From positions 1 to 64,000 of the forward strand of contig NW_005434660.1 in assembly GCF_000315625.1 (NCBI RefSeq): 64,000 nucleotides of DNA, written 5' to 3'. The notes under the pieces were generated by a model, which saw only the letters and a list, made by a program, of their open reading frames with translations, had not been told where the DNA came from and ran no database searches. The DNA is from Guillardia theta CCMP2712 (Eukaryota; Protista; Cryptophyta). Position 1 is the stretch's first letter. Each line of letters starts with the position of its first letter. Position numbers and translations under genes: made by a program. Positions 1-9,938 of the stretch are shown here, piece after piece.

Positions 1-65
1 CAAACCTCTCGCTTGCAGCTTCCTTGGCGCCCTGGCAGCTTCCCCTACACCACGCGTGCAGCCAT

Positions 66-141
66 GCTGCCGAAAATAACCGGCGCTGCCGAAAATAACC
101 GGCGCTGCCGAAAATAACCGGCGCTGCCGAAAATAACCGGC
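66..141. repeat. 19-bp tandem repeat (GCTGCCGAAAATAACCGGC) x4, running into an assembly gap
   Basis: Read directly; no spacers between units. Confidence 0.9.
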
Positions 142-241
142 NNNNNNNNNNNNNNNNNNNNNNNNNNNNNNNNNNNNNNNNNNNNNNNNNNNNNNNNNNN
201 NNNNNNNNNNNNNNNNNNNNNNNNNNNNNNNNNNNNNNNNN

Positions 242-1786
242 TTCAACAGCCTGCTCAAGTGTCTCTAAAGGTTCACGACGATATTTCTCGGCACATTGCC
301 CCAATCCTCTACGATCTTCATCACTTCATCGGAGTCAATACGCCCCCATTGCATCATGATGAAGAGTGACATCTCGGTCGTCTGACCACAACGGCAAGAA
401 ATATCTCTTCGCCGATCCAGTATTCACAATTTCCTTGAACATCCCATACTTCGGTGAAGAGATTATGATTGTTTTGGCGGTTCGTGACATTGAATAGCTC
501 CCCTGGTTTTTGTACAGATCACAGATATACCAGCGCCTAAACATTTGGAGAAAGCGTTGCGCTACGGATCCATCCATGAACAGGTTCCATGCTTCTCCAT
601 CAAAGTACCAATATTCACTCCCTATCTGATACACTACTTCCTCACCAGGCCGGAGGAGCTGAAGAAGTAAGAAGTATGCGAAGCAGGACTTCCCGATCCC
701 TGGAGTACCTGTGAGGATCACTTGATGGCATCCTTGATTGGTGTCCATGCCCTCTAGCGTCTCTGGGTCCAACTTGAAATCCTCTGCAATTTTCCGCCTC
801 ATCTCGAAGTAGCACTCTCGTATGAAGAGCTTGTTTCCAAGTGTCTCGTGGCCTCCTAAGCATGCGGAGAAGCTGACGTATTCATTAGCCCGTAAAACCT
901 TTCCTGCGCATGCGGTAGTCCAGAGCTCTTTCAAGAAACTTAGCATGCCAACTAGCATAAGTCCTGTTAGTACCCATGATAGCCACATTCAATTCTGTTT
1001 CACCTTCAGGTCTTGACATACTGTCTCTAAGTTGCACAGGATGTGGAATAAGCCCCTCAACCAGCTTATCCTTGTCTAAAAGCAGCTTCTCCCTGTCTAT
1101 AAGGTGCTGCTGGTACGCTACAAGCTGCTTCTTGTCCTCTACAAGCTGCTTCTTGTCCTCTACAAGCTGCTGCTGGTACGCTACAAGCTGCTGCACAAGC
1201 TGCATGTGGACCTCCTTCAGCATTTGGTCATTTTGATCTTGCATCCTTCTCAACACATCTGTGATCTCTTGTTGTACACCTTCGATCTTTCCTTGTACAC
1301 CTTCGATCTTTCCTTGTACAACTTTGATATCTTGTTGTACATCTCCGATCTCTTCATTTTTCCTCTCTCGTTGTTCTCCCTCGATTTCTGATTGCACTCC
1401 CTCGGTCCCTTCGTCCTGCTTTGTCAGATGCTCAAGAATGTTGGAGCTCCCCTGCATAACGGCTTTTGCGAATTGGTCTCTTAATTTTTTGCCATTCTTA
1501 TCTGCAGCGTCAATGGCTATGTCCCAGACATTCAACATGTGTGGGTCTTCCTCTTGAACAGAAGCGTTCTTCTCATCTCCGCCATCATTTCCTCCCCGTA
1601 TCCGAAGACAAGAGCGCTGACAAACAGCACTCTGCTCGCGATCGAACCGAGTCCACTGAAAGCAACACAATCCCTGCAGTAACAACACAAGTTCAAAAAG
1701 CTTTTATCTAGCATTATGCCTACCTCTGAGCTCGAAATGATGATTGAGCTCAACCAAAGGATTCCAAGAGGCGATACGAGCGACAT
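242..1786 (-). CDS. Crinkler/RHS-like P-loop NTPase gene, copy 1 (3' part lost in the gap)
   Basis: Near-identical to 16502-18059. Exon 1 MSLVSPLGILWLSSIIISSSE, 50-nt GT-AG intron 1674-1723, coiled-coil exon (ORF 885..1688), second intron, then GTPGIGKS Walker A (ORF 335..988). The 1-bp indels near 271 and 377 lie beside the gap and may be read errors. Confidence 0.8.
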
Positions 1787-1967
1787 GGCACCCAAGACGC
1801 ACTTTCCCCCCTGCTGGCAAACAGCAAACTTAGGCTTGACGAGAAGGCTTGTTTGAAGTGAAGGTTGCCTGTATTCCCATCTGCCTCTGCCTCTGCCTCT
1901 GCCTCTCAGTTTCTCTCACTCACTCAATCGCTCACATGGACCCTCACACGCTCGCTGAGAGACGCGG

Positions 1968-2091
1968 CACAGCTGTGTATCGTTGAGGTGAATAAGGTTG
2001 GTGTAAGGATCTCAGGTGTACTGAGAGTTAGTCTTTGGTGGATCTTGGGTTAAATAGATTCTGGCCAGTGAGGTGGAGGTTGATTCGATTA
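1968..2091 (+). repeat. Inverted partial copy of the copia LTR
   Basis: Reverse complement of 2416-2539 with one substitution; begins at the palindrome CACAGCTGTG. Confidence 0.9.
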
Positions 2092-2343
2092 AAGAACTGT
2101 CGGCGGTAGGCTACTGTCTGTACGTTTACCGTTGAAAACGGTTGTAGTGAAATTTAACAAACAGTCGGTGAAATTTGTACCAGCAAAAATACCGACAGTA
2201 GCGCACCGGACACACCTAGTCCTTGTACCTCTGACTGAAAAGAAAAGGCAAACCGGACCGTTTCAGACGGTTAATCGAAGTGCTAGCCGATTTCGGCTGG
2301 CGGACACACCTGCAGATGAGGGGTGAGCAGCAGAAGGCACAAG

Positions 2344-2378
2344 TTCACTGATGGTGATAGAACTCTCAGAAGAACCAC
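2344..2378 (-). repeat. 35-bp internal LTR fragment
   Basis: TTCACTGATGGTGATAGAACTCTCAGAAGAACCAC is identical to 2554-2588. Confidence 0.85.
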
Positions 2379-2415
2379 CTCGCTTTGTATTTCAGAATTT
2401 TTCCTTGTAGATCTT
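2378..2415 (-). pseudogene. Downstream half of the interrupted RT of an older copia element
   Basis: Minus-strand translation (K)DLQGKILKYKAR continues ...WVYTTKKD from 10389-10580 and aligns with KDLHGNILKRKAR of the inserted element. Confidence 0.8.
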
Positions 2416-2841
2416 TAATCGAATCAACCTCCACCTCACTGGCCAGAATCTATTTAACCCAAGATCCACCAAAGACTAATTCTCAGTACACCTGAGATCC
2501 TTACACCAACCTTATTCACCTCAACGATACACAGCTGTGCAGTCTCTATCACCTTCACTGATGGTGATAGAACTCTCAGAAGAACCACACAACACCACCA
2601 ACACTTCCTTTATTCACAGCAGTCACCTTCCCTTCAGTCCCTTGCACCCAGTACAATGCACAGCGCGCAGTGGACACGTGTCCTCCTAACCCCCTCTTCT
2701 CCGCCTGACCCTCAGGCTCGTCGATTCCTTAATTCCAGACCTATGTCGAAACCCACTTCCATCTCGCTGAGCTTCGTCCATCGATGAGACGCAATACCCT
2801 GAACTTCTCGCCGTCTCCAAGAACTTATCCGAGTTCTTACA
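2416..2841 (-). repeat. 3' LTR (426 bp)
   Basis: Direct repeat of 9962-10388. On the element strand it starts TGTAAG and ends GATTA, with AATAAA at about 2608-2613. Confidence 0.95.
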
Positions 2842-2849
2842 CCCTCCCT
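2842..2849 (-). promoter_or_regulatory. Polypurine tract (AGGGAGGG) abutting the 3' LTR
   Basis: Plus-strand CCCTCCCT immediately follows the LTR; this is the canonical PPT position. Confidence 0.8.
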
Positions 2850-4114
2850 GACGAAGTTAAGCGAGATTCTCAGCTTCCTTTTCCACTTCCTCCTTCATCC
2901 TCCGGGAACCCCCTTTTTAAACATCTCCCTGCTCCTCCTCCAAGCTGCACCACCGCGCTCTCCTCCTCCAAGCTGCCTGCTCTTTCCTGGATCCCAATCT
3001 CCTCCATCAAGCTCCCTGCTTCCTCCATCAAGTTTCCTGCATCCTCCATGCTAGCTGCACCCTGCATCCTCCTGAATCGCAATCTCCTCCTCCATGCTCC
3101 AAGCTGCTTCTTGCTCAGGCTCCCAGATCCTTCTCCATCCATCTTTTACCTACACACTCTCCTTCATAGAAACCTCGTCAGTACCATCAACACTCCTCCA
3201 CCACCTGAACTCGACTGTGCCGCACTGCACTTGTTCGTCAGGCTTCCCCTCTGATCAGTCAGGCTCCCCAGACACCTTTCTGAACATCTAGTCTTCCATC
3301 CCATCATTGTGCTTCAAATCCCATCGATTTCAATTGTCACCCATCTGACTTTCTCAATCCAAATCTTCCACCCAATGATGTCCACCATTCATGACCAATG
3401 TGTTTGTCCTAACTATCTGCTCTACGGGCCCTTCTAACAAATCGCTATCTAACCGCGGTATGAAAGATTGATTTGGCGCCATTTCACCTGAGAGCTCTTG
3501 AGATTTCATTTGCATGCATGTTCATTTCAATTCTCATATTGACCATATGATCTTCTTTCATTTGCCTTTCCCATCAATCATCTCTTCATTTTCATTTTCT
3601 CAATTTCTCAACGGCCGATTTTTCATCAATTTCAATTCTCATTTCAATTCTTGCGATCATAGGTCTTGTATCTTGCGATCATGATGGAAGGCTTCACATC
3701 CTAACCTGCTTGACTTGACCTAGAGTTCCTTGAACAGTCTTCGGGAGAAGAAGCTTGATACCACGCCACGCCAATCATCTGATTCTACTTCTCAATATCA
3801 AACCTTCCTGCCAAGGTTCTCCCTCCCTGAATCAGAGATTGGTGTAGGCGATTGCTCGTTGATACCAGCTGTACGATGAACCCCATTGTATTCAAGCTGG
3901 GATGAATCCCACTGAAGTTCAAAGTTGCTCCCAAAGCGCTGTCTCCAGGCAGTCTCTACAACTACAGTCAGCACACAGTTGCGACAGAAATCATACTGCG
4001 TTGATTCTGTAGAAAATCTTTCCCCCCATGTCCTGCAACTGCGCCTCCCATGGCTGACTTCACTCCACTCAACCAGCATGAACTCCACCCTTCGCGTACT
4101 ACATGTCAAGATGC

Positions 4115-4603
4115 TCACAGAATGCCATCGTTCTCATTAGGATGAGAGTCATCACTGTAGCATACCCCTTGAGCGTTGAAATCTTCTCCAAATAGAAACG
4201 AACCAATTGCTTTCCACCTCGTAAACGGCAGAATTTTCGTGAACAGGTCCGCAGGCTGAAACTTAGTAGAAACTTTCACAGGAAGTAATTCTCCCTCATC
4301 CACCATGAGAACAGCAAACTTAGCACGTAAGTCGATGTGCTTCAGTCTAGAATATGCTCGTTTCTCGGTCAACAAACGAATACACGGCTCATTATCCAGC
4401 AGGAGCATCGTCGGACGTTGCTGGCAAAACCCTAACTGTTGAAGTAAGCTTCGATACATCTTGATATGCTTGGCGACTACCGATGTCGCATAGATTTCTG
4501 CCTCTGACGATGAAAGTGATATGACTTTCTGCGCTTTCGAACCATATGAAATAACTCCTCCGTTCATTACGATAGCCCATCCGGACTGACTTCGTCGCGT
4601 CAA
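4115..4603 (-). pseudogene. Copia RNase H, frameshifted from RT
   Basis: TRRSQSGW..ISYGSKAQKVISLSSSEAE..DNEP..KHIDLR..QPADLFTK. The usual (D)xxGD residues after ASDS are missing, consistent with a small frameshifting deletion near 4604. Confidence 0.9.
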
Positions 4604-5747
4604 GACTATCACTCGCAGCTACGAGTTCATTGTGAAACACCTCCTGATTAACAGATACACCTCTCTGATGGTAAACAATACAAATATCTCTCGTCGTGTA
4701 CAGATACCTCGCCAAGTGAACCAATGCATCCCAGTCACGCACTCTGGGTGCCCGTGCAAATCTGCTTAAGAGACTGACCGCGAAGGAAATGTCAGCTCTT
4801 GTCCCATTAGCAACGTACAAGATTGTTCCAAGAAGAGCCTGATATTGTCTCACCGAGAACTTATCCAACAATTCTCCCTCTAGATGATAACTCCGCATGT
4901 ACACTCCAGGCAAGATAGTAAACACTGAACGAAGAGCTATTCCAAATTTCTCAACCAGCTGTTCAATAAAATGCTTCTGACTCAAGGTAATAGTTCCTTT
5001 CGTCAAATCTTGGTGAACACGAATACCCAGGAATGTACCTGTAGCTTCACTTCCAGAAAAGTCGAATACCTTGCTCAAGCAGTCCAAAAAATAATTACAG
5101 ACTTCTTGATTCTCACATACCAGAAGAAGATCATCCACCCATGTCGTGATGAGAATTCTTGAGCCGTTGTGTTCATATCTGTAAATGATTTCATCATGGC
5201 CAACAGGTTCCGCGCCCAGACGCAGGAATTCTCGAGACAGCTTTTCCCACCATCGTCGCGGAGCCGTTCGCGTCCCATATATCGCTTTGGTTACTTTGAG
5301 CAAAACATTCGGAGGCAAAGCCATGATGTCAGGCGGTATCATGAACATCGGTTCGTTCAATTCACTGTATAGGAACGCGGCCGCGATATCTCGGAAGGCG
5401 ATAATCCATCCATTTCCTGCCGCTATGCTGAGTAACAACCGAATGTTATCCATCGACGTCGTCGGCGCAAACAACTCCTCGGACGTGGGTAAAAGATTGC
5501 CCATCACAACCAACCTTGCTTTTCTCTTCAGAATGTTGCCATGTAAATCTTTCTTTGAGGAATAAACCCACATCGCTCTCGCAAGTATTTTGCCTCGTGT
5601 TTCATCAGACCTCGGGACCACTTCCCAAACTCGCCTTTCTTCCATCTTCTGAATCTCAGCTCGTTCAGCTGCCTCCCACAATTCTCTATCCTTGTGCAAC
5701 AACATCTCCCTTCGATTGCGAGGATCTGCCGTCGAACTCGAGTCTTG
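4604..5747 (-). CDS. Copia reverse transcriptase (RVT_2 type)
   Basis: KARLVVMG, DIAAAFLYS, KAIYG, WVDD motifs. In the same frame as the upstream gag-PR-IN ORF, separated from it by a single TGA. Confidence 0.93.
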
Positions 5748-8700
5748 TCACAGTACTGATGGCGGAGCTCGCGACAGAAATGCTGCAGAGAGTTTGACAG
5801 CTTCCCATACAGGAACAACTAGCGCCATGTTGGTGACAAGCATACGAGAGTCTGGAAAACATTGTGTCAACTCACTTGGACCAAGATCAATACAGTCTGG
5901 ATCACGAGCAACATCAATGTCATCCCCTGGCTCCATGAGTGGGACCACATCATTCCACCGTTCCCGTCTCAATGGTATCCATCGTGCAGAGTGCTGAGAA
6001 GTAGTCGAACGATTACCCTCGTCCAATACGAACAGTACCTCTTTTCCATCGCCGTTGAGCACCTTTCCAGGTACCAGCTGAGATGACAGAGGAGACTTCC
6101 TGTGCATAAGAAAGACATCGGGATTTCCTCGAACTGTCTTTTCCACCAGCTGCGAAAGGATGTTATCCCCCTTTTGAGGAAACGCTCGAAAGTAATAATC
6201 GTTACACCCTGTCAACTCGAAGACATTCTTCGGCAAAACTCCTGATTGTAGCTCATCCCCAGGCAACAACTCAGATGTCTCTGCCTCAGACATAGCAATC
6301 ATGGTAACTTCCTTCCCCATAGACAAAATCCGTACGTTCTCACTGTCCGGATGGATTAATATCCAGTACTTGTCGTCAAACGTAACACGCACCAAGAATG
6401 TATCATCTTTGAAGACAACTTGAGTAATCGTCCCCGTTCGAACCTTCCCATCATCCATTACAACTTCAGCCCGCCTGTTGATGAAGCGGTTTTCGGCATC
6501 CCGTCTCTGCTTACGAAAGTCTCGTCTGGTACGACATGTTTTGGTCGACGACGCTGCCTCTGTATCCGTATGATCCGCATCCTCTCGGCCACCGTCAACC
6601 ATCACTGTAGGCACATAGTCTTCATCGCTGTCCTGGCACACCATCTCAGCAGCCCTTACTCCCTCATCATCCGACTCCAGTGAATGATCCTCCAACCGTG
6701 TTCTCTTTCGACGACCACTAGTCCGAGCATTCACTGCCTCTGACCGTTCATCTTCAACACCCTTGACAGGCGAATCATCCTCCATGTCAATATCGTGCTT
6801 TACCACCACTTCAGGATCCTCTTGCCAATTCATCCGTCCCGCACGTCGAAATGGAAAGAAGAATTCATCACAGGTCAGATTATTCGTGTGATAGATTTTG
6901 TTGTCGTCAACACACCATACCAAGTAGCCAATGGTATGCCCAGGAAAAGCGTTTGCATTTCCGAGCATAATGCCCTGTTTAGCTGGATCTTCAATCTTCG
7001 AACTGCGTACATTATTCTTGAAGAATGTCATACACCCAAAGGTCTTGAGAGATTTGAAGTCGAAAACATCTCCATTATAGATTGTATACGGAGAAAGATT
7101 GCCGAAATTCCTGAAACTCGGGAGAGCATTGTACAGGTACGTAGCCTGCATAACAGAAAATTCCCATTTCTCGATAGGCAAAGCACTCTGTTTGAGCAAA
7201 GTTCTGTGGATAGTACTGACTGCTCGAATTCCTCTCTCAGCCAGCGAATTGTAAACTTGACTGTAATCAGGAATCCGATCCCACTTCAAACCCGTCTCAC
7301 GAACGAATGCCTCCAACTCTGGAGAAGAAAACTCACTGCCGTTATCAGATATGATGCGTTGAACTCCGTTTCTCTTGACACTTTTCTCCTCCTGTCGAAG
7401 TAACTCCATCAGAATATCACTCGTTTGACTCTTGGACTTCATGGGACGCACAATCAGGTATCCGGAAAAAGCGTCGACAACTATAAGAAAGTAACGATAA
7501 CCCGATGGTTCAGGGACTGCAATCATATCTTTCAAGTCTACATACCACAGAGCATTTACATCTCCAGCACGTTCCTGTCGAAATGAGGTTTGTTTGTGAA
7601 CAGGGCGTGACACAAATTTCGAAATCCTACACACGTGACACGGAGAATGAATCAACCGCCTATTGAATGTGATGTATTTGACCGTATCCGCAAGCAACTT
7701 TTGTACTCGACAATCAGGGTGCCCCGTTTTCATGTGCCACAGAACCGCATCAGATAGACTCTGTGTTGACTTCCCATCGAAAGAAGGTCCAGGAGTGACA
7801 TGTGCTTTAGTCAAACAGACTGTTCCAGCCTCCGCTGAAACACAAAAGATTGGCACATCACCTGCCACAGAATCATGCATCGGACCTCTGGTTGTCAACA
7901 GATACAACTTGTCCCGCTGAATCAGAGGAATCCTGATCTTGCCATCCTCCGAAGCCACATAGGATTTGACCGTGTTCTTCGACCCCCGTCCAACAATGTA
8001 ATACTTGGATCCCAGAAAATCATCCAGACTCACAAGTGGTACAGGAAGGACAGGACAAACTCGAACATTCTCCAATACTATATTGTCCGACTCACCATCT
8101 GCACCGACAATTTGCAAATTTAGCTTGCCATACTTGGTACAATTAATCTTTCCTCCTGCCGTCATGACAAAGAAATCGTCTCCCGATTGTACGTCTGAGA
8201 GGAGGGATTCGTCCCCAACCATGGTAACATTTGCACCCGAATCAAGCAAAAAATTGACAACCCTTCCGTCACCGTCTCCCACCATACTCTGCATTGCCAT
8301 TCCTTGAATATCAGTCATCGACATCGTTGAATCAATGCCAAACTGAAACGCAAAGAAGGATCGCCATTCCGCCTGACGGCGACCTGCCTGAGCATTGCTT
8401 TCTGAAACATTTTGCTGTACCGTCCTCTCAAAAGGATTGTCCGACACCGGACTACGGCCACGTCCCCGATGGTTAGGCTCAAACGTCTCCTGCCATGGTC
8501 CAACCGGCTGCTCACCGTCTGCACCTGACCTCCTTCCCCCCTGGATTTCCCTGGCCAACCGCAGTACAGCCTCGCCGAGAGCCTGAGGAGAAAATTCATG
8601 CACATTGTTTCGCCGCTCATGATATCCTCCCGAACGATCACCTCTTGAGAAACCATCAGACTCGCCTCTGCGTGGATTGTAGTTATGCGTCGTCCAATGC

Positions 8701-9590
8701 TCCCCTCTACCTCGTCCGCGCATCCCTCTACCAGCCGGACGATCATACGGCTTCCCCCGCTGCTGATGATGACCTCGAAATCCTGAGCCTCTTCCCCGAA
8801 AATTATTCCCTTGAAAACCACCGACTCTTCCTTGGTGATTTCGAAAATCATTCGATCCAGCACCAGCGGAGCCTCCACGACCGTATCCGCCACGAGACCC
8901 ATCAACATGGTAGGCGCCCCTGCGCCGCATTCCCTGACCCGGATGCTCACCTCGGCCTCGCGTACTCTCCCTCGCGTCCAACGTGCTTCCATCCTCCTGA
9001 CTGCCAGATGCATTATCCACAGGCGGCGACTCATTGCTGCCTCTCGAGTCTCCCTTTTCCTTACCACCCTGTCCTCCACTTTCAGACGCCTTGTCTGCAT
9101 TCGGTTGACTAACCGTAGCTTGCACCTCCGAGGCTGCCACATTAACTGACGCAGTGCCCGACTGTGTTTTCTCACCCCCAGCAGTAAAAAATACCTGTTC
9201 ATCATGCAAATTCACAGCCCAAGAGTACACCTCCTCCCAAGTCAATTCGGTTGACAACTTGGACCGCTTATTCAAGCGCGCGACATCTCGAATATCAACA
9301 CAATCTGAAACATAACATTGCTTGATCAGCTCCTCCACCAAAATCATTTCCAAGGCTTTCACTGATTCCTCTCCCGCTACATCTTCCAACTTGTTAAGCA
9401 GGATCTTCATCTGGACCATAACGCTGTGGAAGGTAGATATGTCAGGCAATTTCGACTTTGCCAGCGTCAGAAGCTCCATCCGCGTTTTATCCGGAGTGGC
9501 ATTGAGATTCCCACTGCGCTTTCTGACTTCCCATATCATATACGCCAGAGCTTTGATCGGAGCCAACTTGGACTTGAATCCTCCTGACAT
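5748..9590 (-). CDS. Copia gag-protease-integrase polyprotein (1280 aa)
   Basis: FLLDSGA protease; WHMKTGH..CHVC (HHCC); YVDL..SDNGSEF..NSLAER (DDE); TFGC and GYLVW copia IN C-terminal motifs. Confidence 0.95.
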   Translation of the reverse strand: MSGGFKSKLAPIKALAYMIWEVRKRSGNLNATPDKTRMELLTLAKSKLPDISTFHSVMVQMKILLNKLEDVAGEESVKALEMILVEELIKQCYVSDCVDIRDVARLNKRSKLSTELTWEEVYSWAVNLHDEQVFFTAGGEKTQSGTASVNVAASEVQATVSQPNADKASESGGQGGKEKGDSRGSNESPPVDNASGSQEDGSTLDARESTRGRGEHPGQGMRRRGAYHVDGSRGGYGRGGSAGAGSNDFRNHQGRVGGFQGNNFRGRGSGFRGHHQQRGKPYDRPAGRGMRGRGRGEHWTTHNYNPRRGESDGFSRGDRSGGYHERRNNVHEFSPQALGEAVLRLAREIQGGRRSGADGEQPVGPWQETFEPNHRGRGRSPVSDNPFERTVQQNVSESNAQAGRRQAEWRSFFAFQFGIDSTMSMTDIQGMAMQSMVGDGDGRVVNFLLDSGANVTMVGDESLLSDVQSGDDFFVMTAGGKINCTKYGKLNLQIVGADGESDNIVLENVRVCPVLPVPLVSLDDFLGSKYYIVGRGSKNTVKSYVASEDGKIRIPLIQRDKLYLLTTRGPMHDSVAGDVPIFCVSAEAGTVCLTKAHVTPGPSFDGKSTQSLSDAVLWHMKTGHPDCRVQKLLADTVKYITFNRRLIHSPCHVCRISKFVSRPVHKQTSFRQERAGDVNALWYVDLKDMIAVPEPSGYRYFLIVVDAFSGYLIVRPMKSKSQTSDILMELLRQEEKSVKRNGVQRIISDNGSEFSSPELEAFVRETGLKWDRIPDYSQVYNSLAERGIRAVSTIHRTLLKQSALPIEKWEFSVMQATYLYNALPSFRNFGNLSPYTIYNGDVFDFKSLKTFGCMTFFKNNVRSSKIEDPAKQGIMLGNANAFPGHTIGYLVWCVDDNKIYHTNNLTCDEFFFPFRRAGRMNWQEDPEVVVKHDIDMEDDSPVKGVEDERSEAVNARTSGRRKRTRLEDHSLESDDEGVRAAEMVCQDSDEDYVPTVMVDGGREDADHTDTEAASSTKTCRTRRDFRKQRRDAENRFINRRAEVVMDDGKVRTGTITQVVFKDDTFLVRVTFDDKYWILIHPDSENVRILSMGKEVTMIAMSEAETSELLPGDELQSGVLPKNVFELTGCNDYYFRAFPQKGDNILSQLVEKTVRGNPDVFLMHRKSPLSSQLVPGKVLNGDGKEVLFVLDEGNRSTTSQHSARWIPLRRERWNDVVPLMEPGDDIDVARDPDCIDLGPSELTQCFPDSRMLVTNMALVVPVWEAVKLSAAFLSRAPPSVL

Positions 9591-9938
9591 AGCCCATGGA
9601 ACAGGAAATAATGGCTTCAGATAGGATCGAAAGTATTGGCCAATGAGTCTTGATCAATTCTTCACTGAGGTCCAATTTTCCTCCTCCCATGGTAAAAGCA
9701 ATGTCGAAAAATCAGTAGCAACGTTCCACACAAGAATCGACTCCGACCTTCCAAACTGAGCTTCCAAGCACAAGCGTAAAAAATGCAAAAAAAATCGAGG
9801 CCAACTTCCAAACAACGATTCCAAACAATCGAATCACCGACTCAAATAGCAACAATGAACCGAACTTACTCTTTGTTCCAGTTCAGACCGTACGGTAAAT
9901 CACAGTTGCGCAACAACAGTAAAAAATGAGAACTGAGA

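Noticed and set aside
66-141. CRISPR-like array (also 12189-12297)
   Set aside because: The units are contiguous with no unique spacers, the context is eukaryotic, and no cas genes are present.
335-380. Premature stop making copy 1 a pseudogene
   Set aside because: The indels lie within about 140 bp of a gap where base quality is doubtful; status undecidable.
885-988. Programmed frameshift between the overlapping coiled-coil and NTPase ORFs (also 17145-17248)
   Set aside because: A 40- or 52-nt GT-AG intron with CTAAC joins them in frame.
2545-2571. Resemblance of TCTATCACC..GGTGATAGA to tetO or lambda operators (vector contamination)
   Set aside because: The spacing differs and the motif is an integral part of both LTRs.
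2850-4114. env gene
   Set aside because: No long ORF, signal peptide or transmembrane segment.
8315-9205. 296-aa alternative-frame ORF and antisense ORFs inside gag/pol
   Set aside because: No motifs; expected shadows of GC-rich coding sequence.
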